Assembly: GCA_051660585.1 (NCBI GenBank)
Contig: JBOFPV010000040.1
Coordinates: 64,841-128,840 of the forward strand
DNA from: Tannerellaceae bacterium
Lineage (GTDB): Bacteria; Bacteroidota; Bacteroidia; Bacteroidales; CAMTPD01
Reading direction: 5' to 3'
Length of the DNA stretch: 64,000 bases
The position numbers and the translations under genes are program-made. The notes beneath the pieces are model-generated. The model did not search any database. It saw nothing but the letters and a program-made list of their open reading frames with translations, and was not told where the DNA came from. Of the stretch, positions 36,656-45,931 are shown piece by piece. Position 1 is the stretch's first letter. Each line of letters opens with the position of its first letter.

Positions 36656-38512
36656 TTATTCATAACCCGGATTGTTGATCAATTTATCGTTACGTTTCAA
36701 CTCGTCTCTGGTAATAGGCGCGAAATACATTTTATCTTTCCAATTGCGGTTTTCACGAGAGGTAAAGTCGGCAACTGTCCAAGTATAATTATATTTCGTT
36801 TCATCGTAGCGGTAAGGAAGAGCACCGTCTGCTCCCGGTTTTAGTTGACCAAAAACACTAATGCCCGTAAGTTTTTGATTCATCACTTGAGGAGCAATCA
36901 TCCAACGACGTATGTCATAATATCTACTTTCCTCGAATGCCAATTCCACTCTTCGCTCCTGGCGAAGGAAGGAGCGCATGCTTTCTTGTGTGTAAGCATT
37001 ACCTCGAGAAGTAAGTGTTGTTTTCACGTCGGGCATTCCAATGCGGGCACGAAGTTCGTTTAACTTAGATACAGCCTCGTCGAGCTGGTTGAGTTCGATA
37101 CAAGCTTCGGCATAAATCAGATATACCTCAGCAAGACGAATGTAGTTCCAAGGCACTTCTTGTGCAAAGTTCTGGCCATCTACTGCTTCATCTATAATTT
37201 TACGCATATAATATCCGGTATATCCGCCGTTCCAGTCTTCGATCGGACCTTTGCGCGTATCTACTCCAAAGAAGTTACGTTTACTACCATTTTCGGTGAC
37301 TTCATAGGTGCCGCATTGCAACTCATTATACGGGTCAATGTTTTTCACATCGGCCGGACGATCGCGTCCCCATTTGCTGCCATCGTAACCAATAGTGCCG
37401 TAAAAGCGCGGTTCTCTATTTAGATATGGATTGATTGTGGTGTTGCTACCTACTTCTCTCAGTCCTTGGGTTAATGTTCCGTCTGCATACTCAAAATCCA
37501 TCACTAAGTCTTGGATTGGCGTGTTGCCACCCCAGTTGTGATAACCGTTTGGTCCGTTTTGAATTACAGCGTTATTGGTCCATAAGTTGGCAAGGAACTG
37601 ACGGGTCAGAATCTTCTCCGAGTTATTTTTGTCGGTAATAATCTTTTGAAAGTTCTTACCAATCTCCCAGTTTGTAGTGGTGCCTTGTGTGCAATCAATC
37701 AGGCTATATATGCCAAGGTCAAGTACAGCTTGTGCGGCTGCTTTTGCTTTATTGTACAAATCAGCTTGATCTCCTTCGTAAGTTAATAGCGGTTGCAAAT
37801 CGGCCGGATAGGATTGATTGTAAAACAACGGACTTGCCAAATGTAAGTACATACGCGCTTTGAGAGCAAGTGCTGCCCCTTTTGTAATTCTACCCAGGTT
37901 TTTCTCGTTATGAGAAAGAGGGAGAAGTTCGGCAGCCATATCCAAATCGGCCGTAATAAAGTCCAAACACTCCTTGAGTGAGTTTCGAGGGATCTTCATT
38001 TCCTCTACTTGGTCGAGTTCATATACCTGCTCTACAATCGGAACGCCTCCATATCCGCGCACCAATTGCGAATACATGTAGGCACGAAGAAATAGCGCTT
38101 CGCCCTTCATTACCTTGTTATCAAACCCCAACTTTTCGGGAACGTTGTCTACCTGTGATATGAATTGATTTACATAGCGAAGACCTTTGTATTTGTCTCT
38201 CCACTTAAACGGGCAAGCACCATTGTCGTACCAGTATATTGCACTTTGTGTAGGGTCTGAAGCAACAACGTTTTGCAAGCCGTAGCCATGAATGAACTGC
38301 GACTCATCACAGGCCGAAGAGAGCATGGTCTCGTTGGTTCCATGTCCCATGTATGAATAGATTTGATTGAGATATGATTGCGCCAATGCCGGGTCGGTCC
38401 ATACATCGGCATCCGAAAACTGGTCGAGCGGCTTTGTGTCTAGAAAGTCAGAACATCCCGACAAAGCGAGCATGCATAAAGCACTATATAGATATGTTTT
38501 TATATTTCTCAT
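36656..38512 (-). CDS. RagB/SusD-family nutrient-binding outer-membrane lipoprotein
   Basis: Lipobox LALSGC, TPR-like helical N-terminal half, and the characteristic ...R.ERR.ELAFE..R..D.RRW... motif. It lies immediately downstream of a SusC-like gene. Confidence 0.9.
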   Translation of the reverse strand: MRNIKTYLYSALCMLALSGCSDFLDTKPLDQFSDADVWTDPALAQSYLNQIYSYMGHGTNETMLSSACDESQFIHGYGLQNVVASDPTQSAIYWYDNGACPFKWRDKYKGLRYVNQFISQVDNVPEKLGFDNKVMKGEALFLRAYMYSQLVRGYGGVPIVEQVYELDQVEEMKIPRNSLKECLDFITADLDMAAELLPLSHNEKNLGRITKGAALALKARMYLHLASPLFYNQSYPADLQPLLTYEGDQADLYNKAKAAAQAVLDLGIYSLIDCTQGTTTNWEIGKNFQKIITDKNNSEKILTRQFLANLWTNNAVIQNGPNGYHNWGGNTPIQDLVMDFEYADGTLTQGLREVGSNTTINPYLNREPRFYGTIGYDGSKWGRDRPADVKNIDPYNELQCGTYEVTENGSKRNFFGVDTRKGPIEDWNGGYTGYYMRKIIDEAVDGQNFAQEVPWNYIRLAEVYLIYAEACIELNQLDEAVSKLNELRARIGMPDVKTTLTSRGNAYTQESMRSFLRQERRVELAFEESRYYDIRRWMIAPQVMNQKLTGISVFGQLKPGADGALPYRYDETKYNYTWTVADFTSRENRNWKDKMYFAPITRDELKRNDKLINNPGYE

Positions 38513-38524
38513 AGCATGATTGTA

Positions 38525-41500
38525 TTAGAAGGTTATTGTTGCTCCAAAGTTGAAGATTCTTGATTGCGGATAAGAAACAGCATCTTTACTATCAGCTTCA
38601 GGATCAAAAACTTTAAGTTTATCTACCGTGAAAAGATTGTTTGCGTTGATATACAAACGAAGGTTGGAGATACCCGCTCTAGACATCCAAGCTGAAGGGA
38701 ATGTATAACCGATTTCTGCATTCTTTAAGCGGAAATAGTCCATCGGGCGAAGGAAATATGTGTTTCGTTCGGTAACCCAATATTCTTGTTCACGATTGTA
38801 TACACGAGGATGCTCTACGTTCGGATTTTCTTCTGTCCAGCGTTGATCGTAAAACTCTTTGAGGAAGTTTCCAACCTCGCCCGACCAGGTTTGTACATAT
38901 ACTTCCGCTCCGGTAGCACCTTGAAAGAAAAGAGACATATCCCATTGTTTCCAACGAAGATTGGCTGTAAAGCCACCCACAAAGCGAGGCTCGTAATTTT
39001 TGTCTCTTCGTACGCGGTCTTCGGCATCTATCTTACCGTCGCCATTTACGTCTACAAACTTGATATCACCGGGACGTGCACCATTCCAGTGCGGATAACT
39101 ATCCACTTCGGCCTGATCATTAAATACTCCGTCGGCAACATAGTAAAGACTTGTCCAGATAGGGCGGCCGGTGGATTGTTGATATGAAGGAGCTCCCGGT
39201 GTTTCGTCCCAGAAGAGAATTTTATTCTTCGCGTAGGTCATGTTGAATGAAAGGTCGTAATAGAAATCACCTGCTCTGTCGGCGTATGAAATCATCGATT
39301 CAAAACCTCGGTTACACATTTCTCCAATGTTTTCTTCCGGCAACTCCATTCCCGAAGTCTCAGGGATAGACGCATTTCGCTTGATAAGCATTTGAGTACG
39401 TTTGTGGTAGAATGCATCCGATTCCCAGCTAAGTCTGTTGTTTAAGAATTTAAAGTCGAGACCTACATTATAGGTAGTACCCTTCTCCCAAGTAATATTC
39501 GGATTGGGCACACGTATCGGGTAAAGTGTTTTATACTCGTCACCTCCGAATACAAAGTTATCGCCAAATCCATACGTATTCAAGAACTGATAGTTGGCAA
39601 TGCGGTCGTTACCGGTTTGAGAGATCGAACCTCTCAACTTAAAGTAATCGATAAAGCGGATGTTTTCTTTCCAGAAAGTTTCTTCCGAACCGCGCCATGC
39701 AGCCGAGAATCCGGGGAAGAATCCGTAGCGCTTACCTTTAGGGAAGCGGAATGATCCGTCGTATCTCCAAACAAACTCTACTAGGTAGCGCTCGAGATAG
39801 TTGTACGAAAAGCGACCGAAGTAGTTGAGGCGGGCTTCTTCCCAAGCGCTACCACCGTTGTTTTTGTCTTTATCGCCTCCGGCAAACATTTGGTCCACCA
39901 CATCTGAGATAAAGTATTTTCTGAAAGCATTCAAGTTGTCGTTTCCTTTTTTCTCGCCCTCGATACCAACCGTAGCACCCACGGTATGCGCTCCAAAGGT
40001 ACGGTCATACATCAAGATACCACTAAGCAACCAATTGGTTTCGTCGTGATTTTCTTGATACAACTCCGGTGCCGAATAACCGCGAAGTGAAGGTGTCAGC
40101 ACGTGGTCGTCGCCACCATCCCATGAATAGAGTATCCATGGCTTACGAAAAGCTTTCCGGAATCGGAAATATTTGTCGTAAGCAGCGTTGGCAACCAATT
40201 TTAGCCCCTCAACTCCCGGAATAGAAGCATTTAATTGAAGGTTGTTTTGTACGTAATAGCGTTTATCGCGGTCGTATCCCGTAGCATCTGTGCCTGTCAC
40301 GGCAGGGTTGTCTCCATATTCAATATCCGGACCGGGTTCGCCGGTAGGCCAAAATGCAGGAAGCGTCGGTTTGCTTCGACGAAGCGCTGAGAAGATCGAG
40401 CCGGCACTTTTGTTGGGAAACTGACGATACTCGAAACGTCCAAGGGTTCCGTAAGTCAAGCTAATGTACTTGTTGATTTTCGCATCGATGTTGGCACGAA
40501 TGCTGTACTGGTCGTATCGGGTCGCACTATTCTTATAAAAGCCATCTTGCCCGTTGGCCGCCAGATTTACATAAAACTTATACTGTTCATTTCCACCTGT
40601 AATGTTGATATCGTGACGATAAACCATTGCATTTTTCTTTATCCCTACGTCGTACCAATCCGTATTGGGGTGGCCCCAAGGATCGCTTCCGTCTCCAAAC
40701 ATGCGCAAGTCATCTTCTGTATACGCCGGAGATTCTCCGCGGTAATACTTGATCTCATTAATTAAAGTAGCGTATTCAACGGCATCACACATCTCTGGTA
40801 AGCGAGTAGGTTGTGCCAGTCCCATATTTCCGGAATAAGTAATTTGTGGCTTACCCTCTTTACCGCGTTTGGTCGTAATCAAGATAACGCCATTGGCTGC
40901 ACGTGAGCCATAGATGGCTGCAGAAGCATCTTTAAGAACCGAAACACTTTCGATTTCGTTGGGATTGAGTCGGTCAAATCCGCCTGCTCTGTCAGGGATA
41001 CCGTCAATTACAATCAGCGGATTGTTGTCTCCCAATGTATTTGCTCCACGAACGCGGATTACGGTACCGTCATATCCGGGTTCGCCCGAACGGGTAAACC
41101 CAATTACGCCCGGAAGACGCCCCAGCATTGAGTTTGAGAGATTGGTAACCGGCGATCCTTTCAGTGTTTCTCCGGTAACCGTAGCCACCGAACCTGTAAC
41201 AGAAGTCTTCTTTTGTGTGCCGTAGCCCACAATAACAACTTCCTCCAGTTTCTTGGTGTCTTCTATCATAACAATATCGAATTTTCGTTCTTTTCCTACG
41301 GTGATGTCTTGGGTAACAAAGCCAACATAGGTAACATGCAATACGGACTTATCCGAAGGAACTTCGAGGGAAAACTTTCCGTCGATATCGGTCATCGTAC
41401 CGGTAGTTGTGCCGGCAATAGAGATGTTTACACCGAGTAGCGGAGATTTCATTTCATCCATTACAACTCCGGAAATCTTGATATTTCCTTTTTGTTGGTT

Positions 41501-41614
41501 ACTCGCGTAAGCGGTCGATTGTAGAATAGGTAAAAGAAATAGTAATAGAGGTAAGATCATACTCCTCACACAGCAGGGAGTAGGTTTAGGCTTTAGATTG
41601 TGTAGTTCTCTCAT
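38525..41614 (-). CDS. SusC/RagA-family TonB-dependent outer-membrane transporter
   Basis: A CarboxypepD_reg-like N-domain (ISGVVMDE...GVNISIAGTTTGTMTDIDGKFSLEV), a plug (NPLIVIDGIP) and a roughly 1000-aa barrel ending ...GATITF. An alternative start is at 41560. Confidence 0.92.
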   Translation of the reverse strand: MRELHNLKPKPTPCCVRSMILPLLLFLLPILQSTAYASNQQKGNIKISGVVMDEMKSPLLGVNISIAGTTTGTMTDIDGKFSLEVPSDKSVLHVTYVGFVTQDITVGKERKFDIVMIEDTKKLEEVVIVGYGTQKKTSVTGSVATVTGETLKGSPVTNLSNSMLGRLPGVIGFTRSGEPGYDGTVIRVRGANTLGDNNPLIVIDGIPDRAGGFDRLNPNEIESVSVLKDASAAIYGSRAANGVILITTKRGKEGKPQITYSGNMGLAQPTRLPEMCDAVEYATLINEIKYYRGESPAYTEDDLRMFGDGSDPWGHPNTDWYDVGIKKNAMVYRHDINITGGNEQYKFYVNLAANGQDGFYKNSATRYDQYSIRANIDAKINKYISLTYGTLGRFEYRQFPNKSAGSIFSALRRSKPTLPAFWPTGEPGPDIEYGDNPAVTGTDATGYDRDKRYYVQNNLQLNASIPGVEGLKLVANAAYDKYFRFRKAFRKPWILYSWDGGDDHVLTPSLRGYSAPELYQENHDETNWLLSGILMYDRTFGAHTVGATVGIEGEKKGNDNLNAFRKYFISDVVDQMFAGGDKDKNNGGSAWEEARLNYFGRFSYNYLERYLVEFVWRYDGSFRFPKGKRYGFFPGFSAAWRGSEETFWKENIRFIDYFKLRGSISQTGNDRIANYQFLNTYGFGDNFVFGGDEYKTLYPIRVPNPNITWEKGTTYNVGLDFKFLNNRLSWESDAFYHKRTQMLIKRNASIPETSGMELPEENIGEMCNRGFESMISYADRAGDFYYDLSFNMTYAKNKILFWDETPGAPSYQQSTGRPIWTSLYYVADGVFNDQAEVDSYPHWNGARPGDIKFVDVNGDGKIDAEDRVRRDKNYEPRFVGGFTANLRWKQWDMSLFFQGATGAEVYVQTWSGEVGNFLKEFYDQRWTEENPNVEHPRVYNREQEYWVTERNTYFLRPMDYFRLKNAEIGYTFPSAWMSRAGISNLRLYINANNLFTVDKLKVFDPEADSKDAVSYPQSRIFNFGATITF

Positions 41615-42016
41615 AAAGCGTGACTGTGTTTATGGTTAATAAAAGATATAAATCGATCCAAGGTTGTTTCTTTTATACAAAAAGAACATTATAACTTGAA
41701 ATATTGTTTCCAAAAATATATGTTTTCTAAATAAATGCCTTTGTTTTTTGTAATAATCAGATGGTTAAATAATTATATGTGTATTTGAAATGTGTTTTCA
41801 CTACATTTTCTTTCCGATATAACCATGCTTTTTGGGACTGGAGTATATGAATAGTTGCTCTCGAAAGCATGTAGAGATTAAGGTAGGTGGTAGTAATTAT
41901 GAAAATTCAAATAAGTTTGTACTTTTGCGAAAGTAAAAATGGGTCAACCTTGCAACCCTTCTTTTTCGTAAAGAAAACGTTGTCGACCTGTAATGTTAAC
42001 TATAAAATAGAAGTTT

Positions 42017-42610
42017 ATGAGAAAAATTCATTCACTGGTTGTTGTTCTTGTGATGTTGGTTTTAGCTTTACCGGCTAGTGCTCAATTGCGCTTTGGGGTT
42101 AAAGCAGGGGTAAACATCGCAGATGCATCATTCAGCTGGAGCGCTCTTGACAAAGGTAATGTAACCGGGTTTCATGTAGGGCCATCTTTGGAAATGGGTA
42201 TTCCATTGACAGGGTTAAATCTAGACTTGTCTGTGCTTTATTCTCAAAAAGGGGTAAAGGTAGACGATCTTACGATGAAGACAGACTATTTGGATGTTCC
42301 ATTGTATTTGAAATGGAAAATCGGATTACCTATTGTAAAAGTATTCTTACAAGCTGGTCCGTATGTAAGCTTTAGAGTAGCAGGAGACAAGCTATTGGAT
42401 GTAACAGACAACGTGATCGACGACGTGAAATCCAAATCATTCGGAGCAGGTTTAAACTTTGGCTTCGGGGTAGAAGTATTTAAACACCTTCAGGTGAGTG
42501 CCAACTACGGCTTAGGTCTTACCAACAACTTTGAAGCATTCAAAGCAGAAGACTTAATCTCGAAAGGTAAAAACCGTGTTTGGTCTGTAACCGCAGGATA
42601 TTATTTCTAA
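42017..42610 (+). CDS. Small outer-membrane beta-barrel (porin-family) protein
   Basis: Signal peptide ...ALPASAQ, then LRFGVKAGVNIA... and alternating beta-strand pattern, ending in the aromatic C-terminus ...TAGYYF. Confidence 0.8.
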   Translation: MRKIHSLVVVLVMLVLALPASAQLRFGVKAGVNIADASFSWSALDKGNVTGFHVGPSLEMGIPLTGLNLDLSVLYSQKGVKVDDLTMKTDYLDVPLYLKWKIGLPIVKVFLQAGPYVSFRVAGDKLLDVTDNVIDDVKSKSFGAGLNFGFGVEVFKHLQVSANYGLGLTNNFEAFKAEDLISKGKNRVWSVTAGYYF

Positions 42611-42628
42611 GCAATAACGAATAAAGTA

Positions 42629-42663
42629 AAGGTCGGATTCCAACAGAATCCGGCCTTTTTTTG
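42629..42663 (+). terminator. Rho-independent terminator
   Basis: Stem AGGTCGGATTC / GAATCCGGCCT (one G-U pair) followed by a run of 7 T. Confidence 0.6.
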
Positions 42664-42755
42664 TTACTTCTCATTAAGAATCTGTTTTGATTTTGCATGG
42701 GTCTCTTTTATAAGCTATTTTTGAAAACGATTTAAATCCCATTGCGGTACCGCTT

Positions 42756-45215
42756 ATGAAATATGCAGATATAATACTTCCTCTTCCGCTCGACAACCGT
42801 TACACCTATCGCGTACCTGCCGACATGCAAGCACACATCGGGCAGGGTTATCGGGTTATTGTTCCTTTCGGAAAAAAAAGATTCTACACCGGAATTGTAT
42901 TAAACCTGCACGACAATGCACCGACCGACGGTTTCGAGATGAAGGAAATCTTCTCGCTGCTCGACGAAGAGCCCATTGTGACACCGTTGCAGCTTGGGTT
43001 TTGGCAATGGATTGCCAATTACTACTTGTGCAAACTAGGCGATGTGTACAAAGCCGCTTTGCCTTCGGGATTAAAGCTCGAAAGCGAAACGAGTGTCTCG
43101 ATCAATGCCGATTTTGAAGCTTCGTCGCAACTTCGCAATTCGGAGCAAGCGGTGCTCGATCTACTCTCTGTCAATGCCAAACTTACGGTGCAAGAACTTG
43201 AGAAAGCCACAGGCATAAAGAATCTGATTCCGGTACTCAACCGACTCATCGACATGGAGGCGGTATATCTGCACGAGGAAATAAAATCCGGCTTCAAAGC
43301 TAAAACCGAAACCTACCTACGCATTGCGCCGGCATTCAGAAACGAAGAAGCCTTGAGCGCCGTAGTCGAAGAGATCAAGCGCGCACGCAAACAACAAGAA
43401 CTACTTGTTGCCTTTCTCGATCAGTTGCAAGAACGGGGAGGATACCTCACGCGCGACATTCCTAAAAAAGAATTTCTACAGTCGACCGGATTCTCTACTG
43501 CCGTGCTCGACGGAGTGATCAAGCGAGGGGTGATCGAATCCTTTGCGGTGGAAGCATCGCGTATCGGGTGGGAAATCGATACGGTGGCAGCACTTTATCC
43601 GCTCAACGAACACCAGCAACGTGCCTACGAAGAGGTGAAAAATACCTTCGAAACCAAAGAGGTGTGTTTGCTGCACGGGGTAACTTCGAGCGGAAAGACC
43701 GAGATCTACCTGCACCTCATTCAGGAGGTTTTCAATGCGGGCAAGCAAGTCTTGTTTCTCGTTCCTGAGATTGCGCTTACGGCTCAACTCACCGAACGTC
43801 TCAAACGTGTGCTTGGCGACAAACTCTACGTTTACCACTCTAAATATTCAGACAACGAGCGCGTCGAAGTGTGGCGCAAACTCCTCACATCGAACGAACC
43901 GTTGGTGATACTCGGTGTTCGTTCGGCCGTGTTTCTTCCCTTTGGTAATTTGGGATTGGTCGTGGTGGATGAAGAGCACGAATCTACCTACAAACAACAA
44001 GATCCGGCACCGCGGTACAACGGACGCAATGCGGCGATTGTACTGGCGGCCATGCACAAAGGAAAAGTAATCCTGGGGTCGGCCACGCCGTCACTCGACT
44101 CGTATTTCAATGCCATGTGCGGGAAATATGGACTGGTCAACCTGAGCGTGCGTCATGCCGAAGTAAAGCTTCCGAAAATAATTCCGGTAGATATCAAAGA
44201 GTTGAGGCGGAAGAAGCAGATGAAAGGTTTGTTTTCGCCGTTGCTGCTTCATAAGATCACCGAAACGCTCGAACGCGGCGAACAGGTGATTCTCTTTCAG
44301 AATCGCCGTGGATTTGCCCCGTTGCTCGAATGCAAAACATGCGGTTGGGTACCTCACTGTGTCAATTGCGACGTGAGTCTTACCTACCACAAATATCAAA
44401 ATACCTTGTCGTGTCACTATTGCGGCTACACGTATTATCCGCCCAAAGCCTGCGAAGCTTGCGGTAGCGAAGAGCTGGAGTTGATGGGCTTTGGTACCGA
44501 GAAAGTAGAGGAGGAGATAGCGGCGTTGTTTCCCGATGTCCGCGTAGATCGTCTCGATCTCGATACTACGCGCAGTAAGACAGCTTACGAGCGCATCATC
44601 AAAGACTTCGAAACGGGCAAAGTGCGCATCCTGATCGGAACACAAATGATCACGAAGGGTCTCGACTTTGGCGCCGTTAGTCTGGTGGGGATTCTCAGTG
44701 CCGAGAGTTTGCTCAACTACCCCGATTTCAGAGCGCACGAAAGGGCGTTTCAAATGATGGTGCAGGTAAGCGGACGCGCCGGACGCCGTCAAAAGCAAGG
44801 CGAAGTGGTATTGCAAACTACACAGATCACGCATCCGATCATCGACATGGTGGTGCGCTTCGATTACAAACAACTTATCGACGTGCAACTGATGGAGCGA
44901 CAACTCTTTAAGTATCCGCCGTATTATCGATTGATTAACCTCATCTTTCGATCCAAAGATGCCTTTGTGCTCGATCGCATCTCGAAGCAATATGCCGAGC
45001 TGCTGCGTGAGAAGTTTGGCCCGCGTGTGCTAGGGCCGGTTGCGCCGCCCATTGGTCGTGTGCAAACGTTTTACATCAAAAATATTGTAATCAAGATAGA
45101 AGTGTCGGCACCGATCGCACCCGTTCGGGATGTGCTCGATGGTGTTTACAAACAAATGCAGGCAGTACCGGAATTCAAACAAGTGTTGCTGCATTACGAT
45201 GTCGACCCTATGTAA
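42756..45215 (+). CDS. priA: Primosomal replication-restart helicase PriA
   Basis: Walker A HGVTSSGKTE, the DEEH box VVVDEEHE, and a Cys-rich zinc-binding insert (CKTCGW..CVNC....CHYCGY....C.ACGS). Confidence 0.95.
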   Translation: MKYADIILPLPLDNRYTYRVPADMQAHIGQGYRVIVPFGKKRFYTGIVLNLHDNAPTDGFEMKEIFSLLDEEPIVTPLQLGFWQWIANYYLCKLGDVYKAALPSGLKLESETSVSINADFEASSQLRNSEQAVLDLLSVNAKLTVQELEKATGIKNLIPVLNRLIDMEAVYLHEEIKSGFKAKTETYLRIAPAFRNEEALSAVVEEIKRARKQQELLVAFLDQLQERGGYLTRDIPKKEFLQSTGFSTAVLDGVIKRGVIESFAVEASRIGWEIDTVAALYPLNEHQQRAYEEVKNTFETKEVCLLHGVTSSGKTEIYLHLIQEVFNAGKQVLFLVPEIALTAQLTERLKRVLGDKLYVYHSKYSDNERVEVWRKLLTSNEPLVILGVRSAVFLPFGNLGLVVVDEEHESTYKQQDPAPRYNGRNAAIVLAAMHKGKVILGSATPSLDSYFNAMCGKYGLVNLSVRHAEVKLPKIIPVDIKELRRKKQMKGLFSPLLLHKITETLERGEQVILFQNRRGFAPLLECKTCGWVPHCVNCDVSLTYHKYQNTLSCHYCGYTYYPPKACEACGSEELELMGFGTEKVEEEIAALFPDVRVDRLDLDTTRSKTAYERIIKDFETGKVRILIGTQMITKGLDFGAVSLVGILSAESLLNYPDFRAHERAFQMMVQVSGRAGRRQKQGEVVLQTTQITHPIIDMVVRFDYKQLIDVQLMERQLFKYPPYYRLINLIFRSKDAFVLDRISKQYAELLREKFGPRVLGPVAPPIGRVQTFYIKNIVIKIEVSAPIAPVRDVLDGVYKQMQAVPEFKQVLLHYDVDPM

Positions 45216-45236
45216 ATTCAAACTTAATGATAACGG

Positions 45237-45412
45237 AATCGTTTGATGCCCATCGAACGATTTAAACTTCACGGTGAAAGAATTGTTTGATGCCCATCAA
45301 ACGATTTGAAGTATACGAAGACCAAATCGTCAGATCGCCATCTGACGATTTAGTTATAGTGAAGAATGAATCGTCAGATCGCCGTCTGACGATTCGCTTC
45401 TCATTAGAAACG
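45237..45412. repeat. Second array of four tandem 44-bp hairpin units, same family as 3978-4161
   Basis: Hairpins lie at 45237-45262, 45281-45306, 45325-45350 and 45369-45394, with starts exactly 44 bp apart. The order is the same: two TTTGAT/GCCC-loop units, then two GTCAGA/CGCC-loop units. Confidence 0.85.
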
Positions 45413-45445
45413 AAATCAATCGATTCGAATAATAAAAACGATACT

Positions 45446-45931
45446 ATGGAAGAAAATAAGAACAAGAAGCGAGTACTGTTTGTGTGTCTGGGCAATATTT
45501 GCCGCTCTCCTGCTGCCGAAGGCGTATTCGAGACGCTAGTAGAGCGAGCCGGCAAAGCGAGCGAATTTGTGATCGACTCTGCCGGAACTTCGGGTTATCA
45601 CCAAGGGGAATTGCCGGATGCCCGCATGCGTTCGCACGCGCAACGCAGAGGTTACAACCTGACTTCGCTTTCGCGTCAGATCAAGTATGAAGACTTTGAT
45701 AAGTTTGACTACATCATCGCGATGGACGATTCGAATTACGACAACCTCTGCAAGCTGGCTCCCGATATGGAAGGTCGCGAAAAGATTCACCGCATGGCCG
45801 AATACTTTACACAATTTGGCAACGACCATGTTCCCGATCCCTACTATGGCGGTTCTTCGGGCTTCGAATTGGTGCTGGATCTACTCGAAGACGGTTGCGC
45901 CGAATTGTTGCGTCGTCTTACCGTTGCTTAA
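45446..45931 (+). CDS. Low-molecular-weight protein-tyrosine phosphatase
   Basis: The P-loop VCLGNICRSP (CX5R-S) is near the N-terminus and the DPYYG general-acid loop is present. The start is set at MEENKNKKRVLF because the track start at 45287 runs through the repeat array. Confidence 0.9.
   Translation: MEENKNKKRVLFVCLGNICRSPAAEGVFETLVERAGKASEFVIDSAGTSGYHQGELPDARMRSHAQRRGYNLTSLSRQIKYEDFDKFDYIIAMDDSNYDNLCKLAPDMEGREKIHRMAEYFTQFGNDHVPDPYYGGSSGFELVLDLLEDGCAELLRRLTVA

Noticed and set aside
44091-44990. 299-aa antisense ORF inside priA. Similar long antisense ORFs occur at 3326-4030, 1455-2036, 61798-62337 and 59081-59569.
   Set aside because: Each lies wholly inside a well-supported gene on the opposite strand. 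Their composition is low-complexity and rich in R/H/L, typical of antisense frames, and they show no recognisable motifs.
45287-45445. Track ORF start at 45287, which gives the phosphatase a 53-aa N-terminal extension (MMPIKRFEVYEDQIVRSPSDD...).
   Set aside because: The extension is translated entirely from the hairpin repeat array. The LMW-PTP P-loop (CLGNICRSP) normally sits within about 15 residues of the N-terminus, which fits the ATG at 45446.
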